From NCBI GenBank assembly GCA_051942245.1, contig JAVECL010000263.1:1-32070 (forward strand): a stretch of 32,070 nt of DNA. Reading direction: 5' to 3'. The notes below the pieces were generated by a model, which did no database searches, was not told the origin of the DNA, and was given only the letters and a program-made list of their open reading frames with translations. This DNA comes from Trypethelium eluteriae. Lineage: Eukaryota. Shown one piece after another: positions 1-10,804 of this stretch (position 1 is the stretch's first letter; the number at the start of each line of letters is the position of its first letter). Made by a program: the position numbers and the translations under genes.

Positions 1-48
1 GAACCATTGGTTTTTGAAGAGGTCGACCCAGAATTGGAAGCCGGACAT
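1..48 (-). CDS. Probable 5' end of a gene running off the window (MSGFQFWVDLFKNQWF...), product unknown
   Basis: ATG in good fungal context (cacaatcATG on the minus strand), open frame to the window edge, pyrimidine-rich leader and a TATATATA run near 270-277. Only 16 codons are visible. Confidence 0.45.
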   Translation of the reverse strand, partial: MSGFQFWVDLFKNQWF

Positions 49-1143
49 GATTGTGGTGGTGTGTGGGGGGCGCAATGGGATCAATTAATTACGGTTTGAA
101 TGCTATGAAAAAGTCTTTTTGTTTCGAAAAGAATCGGTGGCAGAGATCTTTATGGGTAGATTGAAGGAGAGGATTTGACAGGAGAGGTCGATAGAAGAAA
201 GGTAAAGTTTTGATCAAGAGTATGTTTCGATAGGGATATTTATCGTTGACAAAGGAATGAGATCATCGATATATATACTTACTACGAGGCCAGGGCAAGG
301 TGGCACGGAGCTTCAATCTGGCACAGGGGGGTAGCTACTTAAGTCCGTGAATGATGTTGATACCATGGCGTATCTGGTCTCGTAAACTCTGACTAAAGGT
401 ACATGATTGAGAGCCAAGGGTGCAAGGCTGGTCGTGGCGTTGGAGATGGAGCGCAGCTATGGACTTGGCCGCCCGGAAAACTCACAAAGCCCCTCATTAT
501 ATCCGCCCCATGGGTGTGAGCATAAATTACTCCGTAGGGAATGGGCGAAAGAGAAGAGCCGCAATGCTGGGAGAATATCGGCCACCACCCATCACTGCAT
601 CATACCTTATCCACGCTCCTTGTTCACATGGCGCCCACTCAGGTTAAAATCTATCTGCATCTACATATGAGCTATTCGCAATATAGTCAACAACAATACT
701 TATAGCGACACAAAAAATCTCGAATCGATGCAATCCATGAAATCAATGGGTAGATCCCGGAACCGGTGGCTCTACCAGGACAGAATCCTGTGCCGCTCCG
801 CTACATACGGCTTAAACATTGCGCCGGATCCAACTTATGTTTAGTCAATCAGAGCGCAATGACTAAGACAGATCCCCTGTTTCAAGCTGTTACTAGATGC
901 GGATAACGCGTTATTCCGAAAGTGTTAAGCCGGTCGACGGTGCAATCGGTATAAGCGTACCGTGAGCGAGTCAGTACGGCCCAACAGAAGAGTTCTCATA
1001 GCACTCTGCTTTCGAACAAGTGAATGTATTAATTGATGTGAGTCTAGCCTAAGAGATAGTTATTGATCTATGAGACAGTATCAAAATAAAATACAAGAAT
1101 GAGGGTCCTCGAATGCCATCAATATCTTGACCAATGTCAAGAT

Positions 1144-2495
1144 CTATGCCCATTTACCCAGGAGCGCCATCAGACCTAGACATACGTTAGCTCTTGGGTC
1201 TTGTCAGAACAGCACACCAGGCTTACCAGCACCCAAGCACATTAGTCCAAATGCGCTGAAAAGAGTTTTGATGGGAGCCCTTATCATGGAGGGGCTGAAC
1301 ATGAACTCATGAGCCATGAGCTCTACCAACCCCGTGTATATAAGGATGCCAGCGCTGACAGAGTCAAAGCAACCATTCACGATGAGTGTAGTCTGTGAGT
1401 TCGGAGGATAAGACTGCCTGACTCCCAGACCAATAGCGATAGCTATGGGGGTTGAAAAGGCATAGCCAATCCCGAGCATGTACGGCGTCCATCGCCTGTC
1501 CTTGGGCCATGGAGCACTGGCTAGTCGGGTTCCCAGTCCAAGACCTTCGAATGTTTGGTGAAAGACGAGAACGACATAGAGGGTATTAAACTCATCTCCA
1601 GCTACAGCAAGTGTCAGACCGATGAAGATCGAGTGGAAGATTACTCCGAATTCCAGAATGAATATAGCCGTCATCTGGGCCGCATAGCTTTCTGGAATAA
1701 GACCATCTGATTTTTCCCAGTCGGAAGAAAGCTCCTCATTCCCTGTATGTTCTCTCATGTGTCCAAGATGGTCATCTCCAGGAATGTGGGAGCTGGTGCG
1801 CCTTCCCTGAATCGCTTCTGAATCTTTGGATGGTAGCTCCTCTGATTCGTCTCGATATGGACCAGTCTGGCCGCTCAAATGTGCTGGCCGACCTTCCTCG
1901 ACCTTCACTGAATGTTCTTGCGCGTGACCACCATGAACATCAAACCTTGCGAAGCGCATCGTAATCAACTCAAGGAAGAACAGCAGGAACACAGACATGA
2001 GGCATATTCCCTCTGCCCAATCATATTCAGTGATGGGACCCGTCAGGCAAGGATCCGTGAGTGCGTCTGCAGCTGGTGCAAGCAACTACGCACTGTTAGC
2101 TCTTGTTGGCTCGATGTTCATTTGAAAAAAAAAAAAAAAATCAAGTCAGATTTCTTGAGTAGGCTCTCTGAGATGGACTGCAGCCTTTTCGATGATTGAG
2201 AGTAATTGTGTCAGTACTCACATGGATGAAAGCGGTGGCGATGATCACGCCAGAACCAAAGTATTTGGCAATGAAGAATGCCCATTCTGGAACACCGATA
2301 CCTCTGTGTCTCGAGGCAAATACCGGAAACCAGGCACCTAGGATCAGGTCAGACACGTTTGGCTAAGGCTAATCAATGCCACCTACCAATCATCGACCCG
2401 AAGAGAATGACAAAAATGGCGGATACTCGCACACCGATCCGACCGTCAAAGTCATTGCCAGTCGCACACTGACCAGGCGCATCGCTGTCCGACAT
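1144..2495 (-). CDS. ZIP-family zinc/iron permease (Zrt2/ZrfB-like). Exons 2495-2387, 2337-2222, 2085-1227, 1175-1144
   Basis: Spliced frame is intact, from MSDSDAPGQCATGNDFDGRIGVRVSAIFVI through AKYFGSGVIIATAFIHLLAPA, a His-containing loop, ILEFGVIFHSIFIGL and FHQTFEGLGLG to GLMALLGKWA*. It has three canonical GT-AG introns. Confidence 0.95.
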
Positions 2496-4355
2496 TGTGG
2501 AAGCCTATTTTAGTGGTTATGGACAAGCAGGTTACCCGAGACAGACGCCCTCGAAGTAGGTGGCAAAGAAGACCTTCGCGATGGCGTTCTCTAGCAAATC
2601 TGGCAGAGGGTGGACCGAGGGTGCTCTGGCTCAACTATGAGAATCTCGAAAGGAATGAGTTTGACTGTCTCGGTGCGATGAGCAGGTGAAGCGCCAAGAA
2701 GCTGGATGCGGCTGAGCGAAGAGGCTGCTTATAATCAAGGTCCCGATATGGAGTACGTACTAGAGGTGAGGACATTGCAGGAAGGGGGAAAAATGAGGAC
2801 CTTGAGGAGCAGGGATCAAGTGGAAAGGAACTAGAACCAACCCCACTGCCCATCATGACAGGTGCATGCGACGCCTACCTACGAGTCCAGGAAGGTCTCG
2901 GCTTACTTATGCCGGTAATTTGTGAGAAGATTTGAGACCAGCGACTGCATTGATCTCGGGTTCAATGTTGTGGTGCAGCGTGTCTTGCCTTCGCTGTCTC
3001 GCCCGCAAAAGGCCCGCCCATCGCGGTTGCATAAAACCCGCTAACAACAGCGCACTGACCGGAGCATGCTCTGCTTAATCATTTTGCAGGAATACAAAGA
3101 AATCATGTAATTGTATCGTGAGGTTCGTGAGAAATCTCATTCCAGACAAAGGAAAGTTGCCGAGCCAAAGGGGTTCTGGGATGATCTTTTGTTTTCTGAT
3201 GTGAGCAGACTTGGCATGCGCACCACCACGAATACGAGACGAGAAGGGTCGAGATGAGAGATGGTCAAAGCCGTCACAAGAGATATACGCAAAAATTGAT
3301 ACCTTGGTCTATGCATGTCCCTACTCCGTTGACAGATTTGAGTTCAATGAGGCTTTGATACATTGCAGTAAATTCCGGCAATAGGTGCAGAAGGGTCGGC
3401 ACGTCGATAGGCGAACCGCCAGGCCACGGCCACGCACGCATAGAATTAAGCTCGTGGCTCATGTGCAGTGAGCCTCCAAGCCACCAAGCGGTGGCTCAGA
3501 TGATAAGATGGGATAAGATGGTGCGATGGTGCCCTCGGGCGGTTGGCAGGCCGGCAGGCTGGCAGATTGGCAGTTCTTGGCAGCTTTGGCAGAGTCGATT
3601 ACGGCCTTGTTCCGGTTGGCCTGGCAGCAGACCAACAGTACACCGACAACTCCCAATCGGTTCTGGGTGTGCTGCAGCTGTCAAGCTATCTGACTCTGTC
3701 CTATCATCCACACCCACTCCCGAGCCACCCATGCCCCTTCTCGGCTCAGAGCGGGGAAGTACTGAAGTATCATAGGCCAAATGCTAGGTGGGTAGATACT
3801 GGGATACGGAGTACAGACCTCGTGATGCTCAAGGATCCGCCCAGTCCCATCTTGACCAAGGTTGCACCGTTGCATGCTCGCCGCTCTGTGGCAGGAGATA
3901 CGAGGTACAGAGCACAGGCATTGCAGTTCGGCATCTCTTATGATGCGCATAAAGATAAGGGTGGCAGAATCTGGGGTGTAGCACTGAGATATGCATCTGG
4001 GAGAGCATCGATATTTGGAACTTCTGAGATCCAAATTTCGCCTCACGTCCCATACCCAAGATTGGCCGCCAACTGCGGCATGCTAAAGTTAGCCTAGGTT
4101 TCCGCGGAAGATTGCTTGATTGCTCGATGACTGGAGGCGCAGAAAATGACGTCTTTGATCCAATGGCAAGCTTGAATCGGTGCATGCCGTAGCCTAGTCC
4201 GTCGTGGTTGCTCCGTGCAGCGGGGTTCATGTTAGAGCTTTTGCCCATTGTCTTCGTCCAACTTCGCTTCCTCTTCCTCCCTCTCTTCAAATCCTCTTCA
4301 ATCATCCTCGAAGAGCTTCATCAAACATTATTCATTGCCATAATTCTCTTTCAAG
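2496..4355. promoter_or_regulatory. Divergent intergenic/promoter region between ZIP transporter and rhodopsin, with candidate ZafA (CAAGGT), PacC (GCCARG) and CRE-like sites
   Basis: CAAGGT/ACCTTG at 2736, 2799, 3301 and 3857. GCCARG/CYTGGC at 2693, 3210, 3418, 3576 and 3620. TGACGTC at 4147. These are motif matches only. Confidence 0.5.
3545..3592 (+). repeat. Imperfect tandem array of GGCAG x6 with 8-10 nt period
   Basis: GGCAG starts at 3545, 3553, 3561, 3569, 3579 and 3588, with one more copy at 3623. Confidence 0.8.
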
Positions 4356-5441
4356 ATGTTGACTCAAGCCGTTGAAGCTCTGAAGAAGACTACTGCTCTG
4401 GTGCCAACGGCAACCAGCTCCATCAGCCCATTGCCAACTATCACCGACCCAAGGCCTGAGTACCAAGTCGTTCACGATGAGGGAAAACGCACCCTTTGGT
4501 ATGTACAGCATATCTCGGGCTTAACCTACCAGTATTAATTCCATCTCAGGGTTGTCTTTGTGATCATGCTCGTTGCCTCAATTGCCTTCACGGCAATGTC
4601 ATGGAGCCTCCCAGCTGTAAGCTTTGAGAAGCTCCACGGAGCTTGAAATGATAGTACATCATCTAATTCATCATAGTCTAAGCGTTTGTATCACGTCGTT
4701 ACAACTCTCATCACCACCATTGCAGCCATCTCATACTTTGGCATGGCCACCGGTCACGGCGTTTCTCTCCATGATGTCAAGATTACCGAACAACACGAGC
4801 ACGTCCCCGACACTTACAAGCACATCTATCGCCAAGTTTACTGGGCTCGTTATGTCGACTGGAGCTTGACCACTCCTCTTCTCCTTCTTGACCTGTCTCT
4901 TCTTGCCGGCCTCAATGGTGCTAGCATCTTCATCGCCATCTTTGCCGATCTAGTCATGATCCTCACCGGTCTTTTTGCTGCCTTTGGTGGGGAGGAAACT
5001 CCGCAGAAATGGGGATGGTATGCTATTGCCTGCATTGCCTACTTGGTGGTCGTGTGGCAATTGGCTGTGAATGGCCGTGCTGCCGTTCTGAACAAGGGCA
5101 CCAAGGTTGCCAGGTTTTTCGGCTCCATCGCAGGATTCACCTTCCTCCTCTGGACTGCATACCCAATGTAAGCCCCTCTACCTAGCTTCACGATGACGTT
5201 GATGATGCTGACGTTGGACAGTGTCTGGGGTGTTGCCGATGGCTCTCGCATTGCTTCTGTCGATGACGAGATCATCGCCTATGCTGTCCTCGATGTCCTT
5301 GCCAAGCCCGTCTTCGGCGCCTGGCTCTTATTCACTCACCAGAGTATGCCCGAGACCAATGTTGAGCTCGGTGGCTTCTGGTCTGAGGGCCTCAAGGGTG
5401 AAGGCCAGATCCGCATCGGGGACGACGACGATGGTGCGTAA
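4356..5441 (+). CDS. Fungal type-1 (microbial) rhodopsin, Leptosphaeria-rhodopsin-like proton pump. Exons 4356-4498, 4550-4616, 4677-5167, 5222-5441
   Basis: Seven hydrophobic segments. Helix C YWARYVDWSLTTPLLLLDL aligns to bacteriorhodopsin YWARYADWLFTTPLLLLDL. Helix G LDVLAKPVFG has the Schiff-base Lys and counter-ion Asp. Introns are canonical and keep frame. Confidence 0.95.
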
Positions 5442-6969
5442 ACGCATCATTACCATGGAGCAACAAGATTACGATCGGTTGGCACAGACTGTTACGTACA
5501 TGTTGATTTGAGGAAAGAGTGTCGCAAAAGAAAAGTTGAATGTGGTGGTGGTTGCGGTGGTGGCACTGTGGAAATGGGCAGCTTTATCATTCTGGAAAGG
5601 GTCGTTTAGGCGAACTACTCTTTTGTCTCTTCAAAATATCCCCTGAGCACAATCTTCATTGTATTTAATCGCACAAGCCTCAGCGACACGAGACGATAGC
5701 ATAATAATGACATTGACGGGTGGACTCAATTCGCCTCACTCTTAATCACATGCTTAAAGTCCTTGCATTGTTTGCATGTCTTTTATCTTTGCGCAATTTT
5801 GGAGCTAATTGTGAGAATGTAGTGACAAATCTCTCCTCAGTCAACTCGCCCAGTGATAGTTTAAAGCATATTGGAGAGCAACTTACATGCCTTTCCCCAA
5901 TCATATTGCCAGATGAGCACCATCTTGTTTCGGTGACTGAAGCGACCCAACAGCCAGTCCGGGGGAAACGCCTACGCCGAGGCTAGAGTAGAGTTCGGAG
6001 CAGAGACAGAGCAGACTGAAGCAGATTGAAGCAGAGATTGGGATAGATGGTTAAGTAGAAGATTCGATTCTCGACCGAGCGGGTCAAGGTCCTTATGGAG
6101 GTTTCGAATTTTGGAACGTCAATAATTAGGCCTATCTCTGAAACTAGTATTGGATTAAAGAAGAATACCTCATGTAATCAGATTCTACGCTCAGTTGTAT
6201 TGGTATCGATTTAGATCTGTTGAATTAAAGGGGTTGAAACATTCTACCTCTCTATTTTCGATCTACACAAGACTCGCGACAAATTGCTTAGACGGTAGGA
6301 TGGGAGAAAAGAAGTCCTCAAGCCCAATTTATATACCATTCAGGAGCTGTGAGCCACTGGCAGGGAAGTCTGACTCTCATCTTAGCATCTGAGTTTACTG
6401 AGAGACCTAATTACCTTATCAACCTTAATAGCAGCGCCAAATACGGAAGGAGCCTAGGCTTAGGGAAAGGACGTCGCGAAGCAGACACGAGCGGTAAATC
6501 CCTAAAGTACTCCGTACCTCCGAAAGGATTGTCTCAATATTTTAGAAAAAATTGACGAAGACATGCTCACCTTCAAAAAAATTCTCAAAGTGATGTCGCA
6601 TAGGTTGAGGCTTCTGCGGATGTGGTGCGAGCCGGTTCTAGTTCTCAACGCCCTCGACGTTCCAAAAAATCTCCACGGTGGCTCCTCGATCAAGAAAAGT
6701 AGTACATGTGAATCGCCTAATTCTCAATTATCTATCGCTACAACCATGTATCTAATTGACCCACGCGATGGCGAGATATACGGCTCCAAATCGATGGTGT
6801 TGAGAATGGGTACGCGAGATGGGAAGGATTTGTATGTTCTACAGAGGTGGCTGACGCTTTTTCCTTCCAGATCAGCTGGATACCGTAACTCGTCTCACTC
6901 TCGCGGTGCACCACTTCCACGCTCCATAGTCCGAAGTACGAACAATTAGCTACCACGGTGCCTCTCGCC

Positions 6970-8234
6970 ATGGCCTTAGTAGACATACCTTCCACCTCTT
7001 CAACATTAGCAACAAGAACCACCACATCCTTCTCTAGAACTACTACCAAAACCACGACCCCAGCTATATCCCTCTCTCCAGAAGAGTTCAAGGCCTACAT
7101 CAATGACCCTCGTTTCAATCGGACCTTCCAGCTGCCGGCCGACCCGTCGCGCGGCCGCCCCAAACCCTTCCAGATCTCCTACTCCGACTTTGGCTTTCAT
7201 CGCGAAGATGCCGGCGACGACGATAGTGAGGAGCAGGTGCTCTTATTCTTCGGCCCGCTCACATCCTCACGGTTCTTCAATATCGCAAAGGATGGGCTGG
7301 CAAAGCGGTACAAAGTCCGCGTCGTGAACGCAGAGCGCCCAGGCATTGGCAAGACAGACAGCGTGCCAGCCGAGAGGCTGCTCGAGGTCTGGCGAGGTGA
7401 GTCGTCCAATATACATATATCCCCCCCACTAAACGACACCACCAAGGAACACAACATCGCTGACCCCCATCTCCAGACGCCATCCCCGCCCTGCTCGCCC
7501 ACCTCCGCATCAAGCACGTCTCCCTCGCCTGCCACAGCGGCGGCACCGTCTTCGGCCTCGACTTCGCGGTCCACCACCCGCACCTCCTCCTCCCCTCCCG
7601 CCCCTACATCGCCATCGCGGGCCCCTGGGTGCACTCCTCGCAATCGGGGAAGCTCCTCTGGTCGCTCGCATCGTCGCTGCCGCGCTCGCTCATCGCGCAG
7701 ACTGGCACGCTCGCGACCTTCGTGAACTCCACGCTGGGCCCTGCGCTGGGGGTCAGCGCCGCCGTCTCGGGTGGCGTGGCGCAGCTGTGGCCGCAGGCGA
7801 AGAAGAGCACGGGGCGCGAGGGCGCAGACGTGGCGTTTGAGGAGGGCGTAAGGGAGCGTGTCGCTGAGCGAGTGTTTGCGGGGGGTGTGCGTGGCTTGGG
7901 GCAGGAGACGCAGGTGCTGCTGAGGAATGGGGTTGAGAAGGACGGCTGGTCGGATTGGGGCGACTTTGATGTCCTGGCGCCACGGTTGGCGGAGGCGGTG
8001 AGGGAGGTGGGAGGTGCGGACAGGCTGAAGGTGGATGTGTTCTTTGCGGAGAGTGATATTATGATTGGGGATGCGGGCAAGAAGGGAAATCGCTGGTTCG
8101 AGGCGTGCTGGAGGGATGTGGATGGGGTGGAGTTTGCGAGCGAGACGGTTAAGGGTTCAGATCATGATGGCGTGTGGGATCTGCGGTGGGACGTGATGGA
8201 GAAGGTGTTCAAGACGATGACGGGAGAGGCGTGA
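6970..8234 (+). CDS. Alpha/beta-hydrolase fold protein. Exons 6970-7396, 7477-8234
   Basis: Splicing GTGAGT(7397)..CAG(7476) joins NAERPGIGKTD to IPALLAHLRIKHVSLACHSGGT (nucleophile elbow), followed by FFAESDIMIG and GSDHDGV (probable Asp and His of the triad). Confidence 0.85.
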
Positions 8235-9537
8235 GATGGTAGTGAGCGTGGGATGTGTTTGCATTGGGTCTTCCAGGCGTGTCATTTGATGGTGTACTTG
8301 ATTGGTGATGCACAAGGTACCTGGGTAGGTTTGTAACCCACGGCTATACACAGGACGTGCAGCAGTTTCGGTGTCACTACCGAACGCCCGCGATATAATA
8401 TTACTAGGTCTGGTCACCTCATGTCATAAGCTACGCAATTTGCGAAGGCAATGTCAATATTCAGAGCAAAGATTGCAGAGAGGACAGAGGAATTGCAGCT
8501 CCTCTCGTCCACGAAGTCAAGTGGTGATACAAATGGAACGCTTCACACATATTTTACAATGTGACTCAAGCCAGAACTTGGGAGCAAGGCGGACCTATCA
8601 TGGAAATACTTCCACACTTGTTTCTGGATGGAATGTTTTGACTTATATGAACAACCCTGCACACGCTAATTACACAAGTGTTGGGTGTTGGAAAAGGGAA
8701 GTACAGTGGCGTATAAACTTTTGCCTTTACTACTTGGAGGAGTTAGGCATGGAAAAATCCCTCCAGCACGATGCTCCACCTCCACCACCCAACTCGCTGC
8801 CATGGAATCTAGACGTGATTGCTAACGTCGCCCATTCAACCGAACCCATTTAAATTAGCATCGTATCTCCCTGCAACTTCTTCTTGATGAACAAGACTTC
8901 ATCCAGCATGGATTCGGCACCGCAACTCTCCCCTGAATCGTCAGTCTTGTTGTTGTCACATAAAACCAACATCCGGGAAATCCGGGGTGGTGGCGTTTGA
9001 TGACTTCGGCCTCGCCTGGCCCCTAAATGAAGCATGCAAGGGGTCCTCAATTTCACTCTGTTCGCCGGTTTGAGTAAACGAAGGCAACAGGACAGGGCAG
9101 CATACCAGGACTGATGGGTAGAGGTCGCCATTGTGGCTGCGGCTGAGCGGAGTATATTTGGAAGCGTCTCTTTTCGCAGCTTGCCGTCTGGATGGTGGCA
9201 CAACTTGCCAGTTTTCCTATTTTGTACAGCCGTTTGTTTGCTGGAAGCAGGTAAGGGCGGTTTGGGAAGGGAGCTGAGGGAGCAGCAGGAAGCTGCTCTG
9301 CTCTAGACCGCCGCTGCCTCTACTGCATATATTTTCCTCTCTGCCGTCACTCGTTACTTCCCTTTAAGGCATTCTCTTGATCATACCACCTTCGTTTAGA
9401 TTCATCGACGGTCATAGATTCTTCATTCACTGCTCCTCGACTCCGCCAGATTTTTCCTGGTTTCCCAATTTCTTCTTTTTGAGTTCCTTTCCTCATCACC
9501 CTAATTCGAAAAAGACCTTCGGATAAGCACCTACACG

Positions 9538-10131
9538 ATGAAGACTTTCACTTATATCGCTGGCTTTGCAGCTCTCATCGGTAATGTGTAAGATTACTTC
9601 TCTAAGCTGTATTACCTTAGGCCACTTGTTGATCTTCTCTACCAGCCTCGCCTCTCCAGTCGCTACCGCAACCATGTGGAACCTCATCGCGTTCGAACCT
9701 CTATCTACGGCTACCGCAACCTCATCCGCCGCATCCACCGCAACCTGTACGACAAACATCTTCTATGATATGGCGGACAGGGGACCAGCCTGCACCAGCT
9801 ACGCGGCAACTACCACCATCACGTCCGAGATTGACTGCAAGGGATGTGCATTGCAGACCCGACAACTTGGGTTTGGCTTGGTAAGCTATCGCAGTATCCC
9901 AGCGCTTCCTTCCCCATCAAGCTTCGACAACTCACTCTCACTTCATCCCTTAAGTCTCGACTGAATAGTTGTTCGCTAATCTTCGAAATGTAGCCATGCC
10001 TGAAGGCCACGAACGTTCAAGAAACAAAGACCGTGTTTGAGACGGCGTGCGCATCACCAGCGGGCTTCATCGTGCCACCTTTCGAGCCGGCGCCGGCACC
10101 GGCATCCTCCACGTCAACGACAACGGCATAG
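9538..10131 (+). CDS. Small secreted Cys/Thr-rich protein (~140 aa), unknown function. Exons 9538-9587, 9646-9880, 9994-10131
   Basis: Signal-peptide-like MKTFTYIAGFAALIGNVLA-SPV, two GTAAG..AG introns that keep frame, and six Cys including DCKGC. First-intron boundaries have an in-frame alternative (9581-9620). Confidence 0.75.
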
Positions 10132-10804
10132 GCTAAAGCGTAGAGGAGGTGGTCGTATATCGTTTGTGGTCATGTCTCGTCATGACTCAAGCAGGTTGGG
10201 CTGAAGGTGTTGGCAATTCTAGTATTACGCGTTAGATGTTCGAGCTCAATGTTGATCCGATCCGAAGGCAAGGAGAAGATTTGAGCTTGCTCTGAGATTG
10301 TTTTTTTTTAGCGGTATGAAGACGACATCTGCTTTCATGTATATATCCATTATACGATAGGTAGTATCCTATTAACCTTCAGTCGAAACTCACAATATAG
10401 ATAGCCCTTTCTGAGTCCGTACTTCAGTTCGGAGATGATCGTGCGATGCAGGAAGACTGGTCATCGTCCAATAGAAAAGTTTAAGCTCCACTCGAATAAA
10501 ATTAGAACCAGGAATGTGAAGCTCCACAGCCGCTTCTCTTTCAAGATCAGTAGATAATTGTCATATCATATCGAACTGAGCCTCGTTCTAGCCGAACTAT
10601 CCTCCGTAATACATCCAGCCCTGCCCAAGGGTACTAAACTACAAATATAGATAACCGTAACCCTAAAATTTTCATTACTATTAATTCCCTCACATCTCCT
10701 TCCCTCCCTCAAAAAGCAGCCCCACCTACCTCTCCATCCTACTCCTTCAGCCCCACTCCCCTGCGTCCTCGCTACTAATCTATCATTCTCAGATGGTATC
10801 ATTC

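Noticed and set aside
900..918. Near-perfect palindrome around ATAACGCGTTAT (contains ACGCGT)
   Set aside because: A single 12-bp palindrome is expected by chance in 32 kb and has no supporting context.
2125..2140. Poly-A run in the ZIP gene (similar runs near 17500 and 27265)
   Set aside because: It is an intronic poly-T on the coding strand, or an intergenic homopolymer. There is no target-site duplication or retroelement body.
3543..4305. 184-aa and 158-aa ORFs upstream of the opsin
   Set aside because: No recognisable domain, random-like composition, and they overlap the promoter and repeat array.
8371..9203. 160-aa plus-strand and 117-aa minus-strand ORFs
   Set aside because: Non-ATG starts, no motifs and no convincing splice model, so they are treated as intergenic.
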